Shown here one piece after another: positions 57,850-64,000 of a stretch of 64,000 bases of DNA (positions are counted from its first letter, which is position 1; every line of letters starts with the position of its first letter). This stretch comes from a virus, in IMG/VR virus record IMGVR_UViG_3300045988_177154, positions 160,001 through 224,000 of that record; one strand, given 5' to 3'. The notes beneath the pieces were generated by a model that was not told where the DNA came from, ran no database searches, and saw nothing but the letters and a program-made list of their open reading frames with translations. The translations under genes were made by a program, and so were the position numbers.

Positions 57850-59304
57850 ATGTCTTTTATGGATAATCTTAAAAACGAAAACAGAAAAACTGTTACAACA
57901 AATGGTGATTTAGCATATAGTACTACTCTAAATGCAAACCTAGACTTCTTTGGTGGTGCTGGTTCTATTCCAGTAAGTAAGAAATATACTTCTGATGAAT
58001 TTATGAACTTATTTAAATATGCTTACGAAGAAGATTCAGAAACTGCGCTTAAAAACGCTCTTTACTACCGTGATATTCGTGGTGGTTTGGGCCGCCGTGA
58101 AGGTTTCCGTCAAATCTTGACTTACCTTGCTAACAAAAATGTTGAAGATTTCAAACGCTTAGTAGTTCTTACTGCTATGTATGGTCGTTATGATGATTTG
58201 ACTATGATTGTTTGGGATTTACCAAACGAAGCACAAGCATTTGTTGTAGAATTTATTTCTGCTGTATTTAATGAAGATATGGATAACTTGAAATCAGGTA
58301 ATATTACATTGCTTGGTAAATGGTTACCATCTGCTAATACAAAAATTGCTAACACTCGTAAGTTAGGTCTTTTCTGGGCTTCTCGTTTAGGTTTAACTGA
58401 ACGTAACTACCGTAAAGCTCTATCACAATTACGTGCTCAAATCAACATTATTGAAACTAAATTGACTAACCGTGATTATAGTTTTGATTACTCTAAGATT
58501 CCTAGCCGTGCTATGATGAAATATACACAAGCATTCATTCGTAATGATGAAGCTCGTTATAATGAGTTCAAAGAACAAATCACTGTTAACCCATCAGTTG
58601 TTGCTAAGAAAGTTGCTCAACTTTATCCATACGAAATTATTCGTAAGTTAAATAGCGACAAGCAAATGGCTGAAGCTCTTTGGAAAGCTTATCCACAAAA
58701 CCAATTTGACGGTAACATTATTGTTGTCCGTGACGGAAGTGGAAGTATGTACGGGGGTTGGGGTCTTGAAGTAAAACCAATTGAAATTGCTGATTCTATG
58801 GCAATTTACACATCTGAACGTTTGACTGGTAAATTCAAAGACCATTTCATTACATTCAGTCGCCGTCCACAACTTGTTGATTTATCAAAGGTTAAAACTT
58901 TGAAAGAAAAACTTGATGTGTTATACCGTAACGGTGAAGTTGCTAATACAAACATGGACGCTACTATGAAGTTAATCTATGATTCATCATTAGGTTTACC
59001 AGTAGAAGAACAGCTTGATACAATCTTAATCATTTCAGATATGCAATTCGACTCTGGAGTAGACAATTGCTCTAAATCAGTAATGGATTCATGGAAAGAT
59101 AAGTTTGGTGACGCTGGATTGAAGTGGCCAGAAATTGTGTATTGGAATGTTAACCAATCAAAAGTTACATTCCCAACTTCTAAGTATGACAATGTGAAAC
59201 TTGTTTCAGGTTTCTCAAAAGCTGTACTAGAAGATGTCATGTCAAATGAAACAACTTCTGCTACTGAATACATGATGAAAGTATTATCTCGTTATAATCC
59301 TTAA
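57850..59304 (+). CDS. DUF2828/TROVE-like protein with a vWA (MIDAS) domain
   Basis: N-terminus TTNGDLAYSTTLNANLDFFGGAGS and MIDAS motif VVRDGSGSM. The ATG at 57850 is better spaced from the RBS than the GTG at 57841. Confidence 0.55.
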   Translation: MSFMDNLKNENRKTVTTNGDLAYSTTLNANLDFFGGAGSIPVSKKYTSDEFMNLFKYAYEEDSETALKNALYYRDIRGGLGRREGFRQILTYLANKNVEDFKRLVVLTAMYGRYDDLTMIVWDLPNEAQAFVVEFISAVFNEDMDNLKSGNITLLGKWLPSANTKIANTRKLGLFWASRLGLTERNYRKALSQLRAQINIIETKLTNRDYSFDYSKIPSRAMMKYTQAFIRNDEARYNEFKEQITVNPSVVAKKVAQLYPYEIIRKLNSDKQMAEALWKAYPQNQFDGNIIVVRDGSGSMYGGWGLEVKPIEIADSMAIYTSERLTGKFKDHFITFSRRPQLVDLSKVKTLKEKLDVLYRNGEVANTNMDATMKLIYDSSLGLPVEEQLDTILIISDMQFDSGVDNCSKSVMDSWKDKFGDAGLKWPEIVYWNVNQSKVTFPTSKYDNVKLVSGFSKAVLEDVMSNETTSATEYMMKVLSRYNP

Positions 59305-59346
59305 AATCACTAAAAACTGACCCTTAATTGGGTCTTTTTTTAGTTT

Positions 59347-59367
59347 TGGAATAATATAACTATGAAG
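59347..59367 (+). promoter_or_regulatory. conserved promoter-like motif TGGAATAATATAACTATGAAG, overlapping the start codon
   Basis: The ATG of 59362-59964 lies inside the motif. Confidence 0.5.
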
Positions 59368-59964
59368 AACTTTAATATTTTTGAAGTATTGAATATTTCT
59401 CATTTAGAGATTAAACATTCAGACGTATTGGCTTATTTATTTAATAATAAGGAAAGTCATAATTTAAAAGATACTTTCTTAAAGGAATTTATTTATGAAG
59501 TTGAAGCTGCTTCAAATATTGATTTAAACTTAACTTTAGATGATAGTTATAGTATTAAAAGAGAATATGCTATTCCAAAAGGCTTTGTTGATTTATTGCT
59601 CATATCCTACAAACATAGGACGATTATAGTAATAGAAAACAAAATCCAATCTAAAGAAAGAGATAATCAATTAAAAAAATATAAGGAACATTTCAAAGAT
59701 AAAGGTGCTGGATATAAATTAGTATTTATTTATCTTACTATGAATGACGAAAAAGCTTCTGATGATGAATATATTTCCGTTAACTATACAACTGTAATTA
59801 AAGCTTTAGATAGAATATTACGATATAAGAATTACTCAGAAAAGATTGAATATTTTTTAGAAGATTATTTATCAGTCTTGCTTAAAAAATATAAATTGAA
59901 ATCTTCTGCTGACTTAATTAACTTTAGAAAAACAATAAATATAGAAAGAGGTAAAAATGGCTAA
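59362..59964 (+). CDS. PD-(D/E)XK nuclease superfamily protein
   Basis: FNIFEVL..SHLEIKHSDVLAYLFN ... FVDLLL.....IIVIENKI.S.E.DNQLKKY is typical of the PDDEXK_4-like family. Confidence 0.6.
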   Translation: MKNFNIFEVLNISHLEIKHSDVLAYLFNNKESHNLKDTFLKEFIYEVEAASNIDLNLTLDDSYSIKREYAIPKGFVDLLLISYKHRTIIVIENKIQSKERDNQLKKYKEHFKDKGAGYKLVFIYLTMNDEKASDDEYISVNYTTVIKALDRILRYKNYSEKIEYFLEDYLSVLLKKYKLKSSADLINFRKTINIERGKNG

Positions 59965-62074
59965 TAAAGAAACTTACTCAGCTAAACATATTACAGCTTT
60001 ATCTCCACGTAACCACTTGATTAAGAGAATTAACTTGACATTCTCACAAGAGCTAGGTGATGAAAGCTACCCATTCTCAAGTCAAAAATCCGTAGCTATT
60101 CGTGAATATTTGGATAACTCTGTAGGTGAGTTAATCCGTAAATTCGGTGACCGTATGAGAATCCACTTCTATAAAGATGGTGCTATTTCTGTTCAAGATA
60201 ACGGTCGTGGATTACCAACCGATACTACTAAAAATGCACACGGGGAAGAAGTTAGTGGATTTATCATTACATTGGGAACTTTACAATCTGGTGAACAATT
60301 AGGTAAATCAGATGATGATAGTAAAACAACTTCTACTAACGGATTAGGAGCGGCTGCTTCTACAATGTTAAGTAAACGTGTTGACATTACTGTTTATAAA
60401 AATAAAAAGAAATATTCTTTATCATTTAAAGATGGTGACCCTGGTTATTTTGATGGCGAAGGTGTAGATGCTAACTTTACAGAGTTAAAAGATTTAACTT
60501 ATATTAAAGAAGAAAAAGACGATAGACCTGCTGATGAAAAGAAATTATTTGCTCAAGGAACAACTGTAAAATCTTGGCTAAATAATGAAGTCTTTTCTTC
60601 ACCATATCCAGTTGATGTTGATGATTTAATTCTTCGTATGAAAGGTGTAGCATTCCTATTACCTGGTGTTACTATTGAAATTATAAACGAACATAGAGTT
60701 ATGGAAGACGGCTCTTATCAACATGAAGTTTTCCACTTTGAAGATGGTATTCCTCAATTAGTAGAATACAATCAAAAAGGAACTCCAATTACTCCTATCT
60801 ATAAATTTGAAACTAAAGGAAGCTATGTTGAAAAGAACGTGGCAACTCAAGACCCTAAAACTAAAAAAATGGTTTCAAAAGATGTAGAAAGAACTGCTGA
60901 CATTGAATTAGCATTTGGTTACGATAATGACTATGACTATTCTATTGATTCATATGTGAATACAATTAGAACTCGTTTAGGTGGGGTTCACGTTGAAGCA
61001 TTTGAAGAAGCAATTACTGCAGCCTTTAATGAGAAACTTTCTTCTATGAAAGGTATGTTAACTGCTAAAGACCCAGTACCTACGATTGATGATTATAAAG
61101 AAGGCTTAACTGCTGTACTTTCTCTATATATTTCAGAACCACAATATACTTCACAAATTAAAGAAGAATTGGGTGGTCGTGTAGTAAAACGTGCTATTAA
61201 ACAAGCTCTATATGAAGCAATCAAAGATTTTGTAGAAGATAAGAAAAATGTTGATGTAGTAAAACGTATTGGTGAAAAAGTTATTGCAGCTGCTAAAGCT
61301 CGTCAGTCAAGAAAAGAACAATTAGAATTAAAACGTGAAAAACAAAAACTTACAAGCAACACTTCTTTACCAATTAAATTAGTGGATTGTGAATATGTAT
61401 ATGAAGCAGATTCAGAACTAATTATTGTAGAGGGTGACTCTGCCCTATCTGGTGTTAAAGAAGCTCGTGACTCACGATTCCAAGCATTATTACCAATTAG
61501 AGGTAAGATTGTTAATACTTCTAAAGAAAATATTAAAAAAGTTTTAGCAAATCAAGAAGTACAAGATATTGCCAAATGTTTAAATGCTGGTATTGGTGAT
61601 GATTTTGATTTAGATAGTGCTCGTTATCAAAGAGTTATTATTGCTGCTGATGCTGACCCAGACGGTGGGCAAATCGCTTCATTACTCGTATTGTTATTCT
61701 ATAACTTATTCCCTGACTTAATTCGTCAAGGTAGATTGTATAAGATGAATACTCCTTTATATATTTATAGAGAAGGTAAAGGTAAGAAAGCAATTGACCA
61801 TTATGCTTTTAATGACAATGACGCTACTGAAATCGCTAATGATTTGAAGAGTCGAAATAAAACTTACCAACTAATTCGTGTTAAAGGTTTGGGTGAAGCT
61901 GGTTCTGATGCTCTTAGAGCAACAGGTTTAGACCCAGAAACTCGTGTATTAACTCAAATCACTATTGGAGACGAAGAATCTGCTAAACATTGGCTTGATG
62001 TCGCAATGGGTAAAGATGTAGCACCACGTAAGAAGTGGATTGAAGATAACCCAATTGATTATGTTGAAGATTAA
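59957..62074 (+). CDS. type IIA DNA topoisomerase, B (ATPase plus TOPRIM) subunit, divergent
   Basis: DNGRGLPTD, NGLGAAAS, TOPRIM ELIIVEGDSALSG, LLPIRGKIVN and IIAADADPDGGQIASLL. Confidence 0.85.
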   Translation: MANKETYSAKHITALSPRNHLIKRINLTFSQELGDESYPFSSQKSVAIREYLDNSVGELIRKFGDRMRIHFYKDGAISVQDNGRGLPTDTTKNAHGEEVSGFIITLGTLQSGEQLGKSDDDSKTTSTNGLGAAASTMLSKRVDITVYKNKKKYSLSFKDGDPGYFDGEGVDANFTELKDLTYIKEEKDDRPADEKKLFAQGTTVKSWLNNEVFSSPYPVDVDDLILRMKGVAFLLPGVTIEIINEHRVMEDGSYQHEVFHFEDGIPQLVEYNQKGTPITPIYKFETKGSYVEKNVATQDPKTKKMVSKDVERTADIELAFGYDNDYDYSIDSYVNTIRTRLGGVHVEAFEEAITAAFNEKLSSMKGMLTAKDPVPTIDDYKEGLTAVLSLYISEPQYTSQIKEELGGRVVKRAIKQALYEAIKDFVEDKKNVDVVKRIGEKVIAAAKARQSRKEQLELKREKQKLTSNTSLPIKLVDCEYVYEADSELIIVEGDSALSGVKEARDSRFQALLPIRGKIVNTSKENIKKVLANQEVQDIAKCLNAGIGDDFDLDSARYQRVIIAADADPDGGQIASLLVLLFYNLFPDLIRQGRLYKMNTPLYIYREGKGKKAIDHYAFNDNDATEIANDLKSRNKTYQLIRVKGLGEAGSDALRATGLDPETRVLTQITIGDEESAKHWLDVAMGKDVAPRKKWIEDNPIDYVED

Positions 62075-62325
62075 AAGAAAAAGGTAGCGAAAGCTATCTT
62101 TTTTATTTTTATAAATATAGAGAGAAATTGATAATCTTTAATTCTTAAGCACATAAAAATAAAATTTTTCATAAATAAAATCTCTGAATAAAGGAGTATT
62201 TGTGGTATTTCTGATATAAATAAATATGAATTTTAAAAATAGTGAAAATCATGAAAATTTGTGAAAAATAAGAACTATTTTTAGAATAATATTACTATAG
62301 AAATTTTTAATTAAAGGAGCAAAAA

Positions 62326-64000
62326 ATGCCTAACAAAAACGAAACTAAAAGTTACGGTTCAATCCGTAAATTCAAAAGTTATGGAGCATGTGGAGTAATT
62401 ATTGGTATGGCTGCATTGTCATTATCAATGAATGCTGGTGTGGCACATGCTGACGAAAAGGTTAATCCAAATCCTGCTACAAATGCGATTCCATTGCAAG
62501 ACAATCCAACAGCAAATGCTAAAGATAGTCAAGCTAAGACTGGAACTGAAAAAGGTTCATTGGATGTAGCTGTTAATAACGATACATTAAAGAACGAAGT
62601 TAACAAAGCTAAAGAGGCTGGGGTAGAAGTTGTTGAAGCAAAACCTAAAGAAGTAACAGTTGCTTCTGATAAAGTTGATGAAGCAAAAGCTGCTATTGAA
62701 AAAGATTATCAAACACAAGCTACTAAAGTTAAAGAAGCTACAGATAAGTATAAAGAAGATTTAGCTAATCGTAATAAACAAGTTACAATTGTTGAAAAGA
62801 AAAACGAAGAAGCTGAAGCTAAATATAAAGCAAAATTAGCTGAAATCCAAAAACAAGAAGAAGCTCTTAAAGCAAAAGGTGTATTTGTTGACAATGACCA
62901 AGTTACTGTTTATGGTAAATTAGATGAAACTAAAAGAGGTTCTCTTGATTACTATTCAGACTTAACAGTTGTGTTTAAAAATAAAGAAAACAACCTTGAA
63001 ACTGTAAAAGGCGGTCTTGGAGCAACAGCAGAAACAACTTTAGAATTAGTAGATAAGATTAAAGTTGATACTGCCCGAGAAAATCTTTTATTAGGAAAAC
63101 TTCAATCTGCTAGTGGTAGTTCTACTGGTGGTCATATTCTAACTGGCATTGAGAAAGGTTCTACTTTCATCTTACATAATGTAGGAAAAACTAATAGTGG
63201 AAAAACTATCTCTGCAAAATTAACTTCAAGAAGCACTCCAACTCCTCATTTCCCATTAGGAAATGTAAATAGAGGAAGTAATACAAGCCTTTGGGTTTGG
63301 TGGGATAAAGATAAAATCCAAAAAGAAGGTAAGAGTGAAGTTGGATTTAATCCATATAACTATTTAAATGTTGAATGGGATATTGAATATTTTGACGAAG
63401 CAACTAAAAAACCTTTAAACCTTGGTACTGTATCTATCTATGCCGATGTTGACTGGGGACAAACTCTTAGACACACATACAACAACGAAAATAATGCTGG
63501 TACTGTTATCAATCCACCAGGTTCTCAAGTTGTAGAAATCCAAAAAAATGGAAAAACTTTTTGGAAAGGTGATAAAAGAAATGGAGTTTGGGAATATGAC
63601 GACCCAACAGGTTTAAACCAATATAGAGCAGGTGACTCTGCATATGGAAACGTACAAGATGTTGCAGCTACACCAGAGGGTACTATTGTAAGTATTGGTT
63701 CAGGAACAAAACATGGCATAAATTATAATGCTAGTGAATATGCAAGAAGTTATTCTGATTCTGAAATGGCAGCTTATCGTGCTTATTATGACAGAGAAAG
63801 AGACTCTAAAGGACAACCACGTTATAGTGATGAAGAACTATACAGAGCAGATTATGCCTTCCAATTATGGGGTGGAAAATCAGTAATTAACACTATTGTA
63901 GTTCCACCAAAACCAGAATACGATGCAATCCCTGGTAAAGTAGACCCTCCTAAAGTTAATGTTCAATATACAAACCTTAAAACAAATGTAAAAATTGAAA
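62326..64000 (+). CDS. YSIRK-signal surface adhesin, AgI/II or PrgB-like (coiled-coil region plus lectin-like V/GbpC-type domain); 3' end lies outside the window
   Basis: AAAGGAG RBS. The N-terminus MPNKNETKSYGSIRKFKSYGACGVIIG...AHADE is a YSIRK-type signal. The frame stays open to the window end. It is not in the ORF track. Confidence 0.7.
   Translation, partial: MPNKNETKSYGSIRKFKSYGACGVIIGMAALSLSMNAGVAHADEKVNPNPATNAIPLQDNPTANAKDSQAKTGTEKGSLDVAVNNDTLKNEVNKAKEAGVEVVEAKPKEVTVASDKVDEAKAAIEKDYQTQATKVKEATDKYKEDLANRNKQVTIVEKKNEEAEAKYKAKLAEIQKQEEALKAKGVFVDNDQVTVYGKLDETKRGSLDYYSDLTVVFKNKENNLETVKGGLGATAETTLELVDKIKVDTARENLLLGKLQSASGSSTGGHILTGIEKGSTFILHNVGKTNSGKTISAKLTSRSTPTPHFPLGNVNRGSNTSLWVWWDKDKIQKEGKSEVGFNPYNYLNVEWDIEYFDEATKKPLNLGTVSIYADVDWGQTLRHTYNNENNAGTVINPPGSQVVEIQKNGKTFWKGDKRNGVWEYDDPTGLNQYRAGDSAYGNVQDVAATPEGTIVSIGSGTKHGINYNASEYARSYSDSEMAAYRAYYDRERDSKGQPRYSDEELYRADYAFQLWGGKSVINTIVVPPKPEYDAIPGKVDPPKVNVQYTNLKTNVKIE

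Overview
AT-rich, coding-dense, low-GC Firmicutes-type DNA. About 70 CDS sit in short operons that alternate between strands, and most have no recognisable family. PrsA/PpmA-like and PcsB-like proteins, YSIRK and LPXTG-type surface proteins, and FemAB and Rml enzymes point to a Streptococcus-like host. I cannot confirm this without a database search. I see no integrase, transposase, phage structural genes, rRNA or CRISPR. The window looks like part of a large self-replicating accessory replicon (megaplasmid or giant extrachromosomal element). Its contents fall into four groups. (1) A replication and DNA-handling set: a RepB/Rep_3-like initiator beside iterons, LigA, a FEN-type 5'-3' exonuclease, HU, a PC4/YdbC-like protein, a type IIA topoisomerase B subunit and an FtsK-like ATPase. 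(2) A nucleotide and redox set: FolD, a DHFR-like protein, a dNMP-kinase-like protein, Ndk, NrdH and TrxB. (3) A cell-envelope set: FemAB-family transferase, RmlA, RmlB, an RmlC-like protein, PrsA, a PcsB-like CHAP hydrolase, and PrgA-like, vWA, MucBP, G5/SCP and AgI/II-like surface proteins. (4) Five tRNA or tRNA-like genes. Seven features are not explained by standard annotation. First, six proteins share an N-terminal His-Cys-Cys-His module fused to unrelated C-termini. Second, a dispersed intergenic repeat of about 115 bp usually sits just 3' of terminators. Third, two inverted repeats of about 250 bp, each with five iterons on a 21-bp register, bracket ligA next to the Rep-like gene. Fourth, a tRNA and tRNA-like cluster, including a 135-nt non-canonical tRNA-like element, wraps around the aminoacyl-tRNA-dependent FemAB-family gene. 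Fifth, there is a tandem array of five paralogous 2-TM proteins. Sixth, a near-identical 20-nt promoter-like motif recurs. Seventh, an LPXTG adhesin is split by a frameshift.
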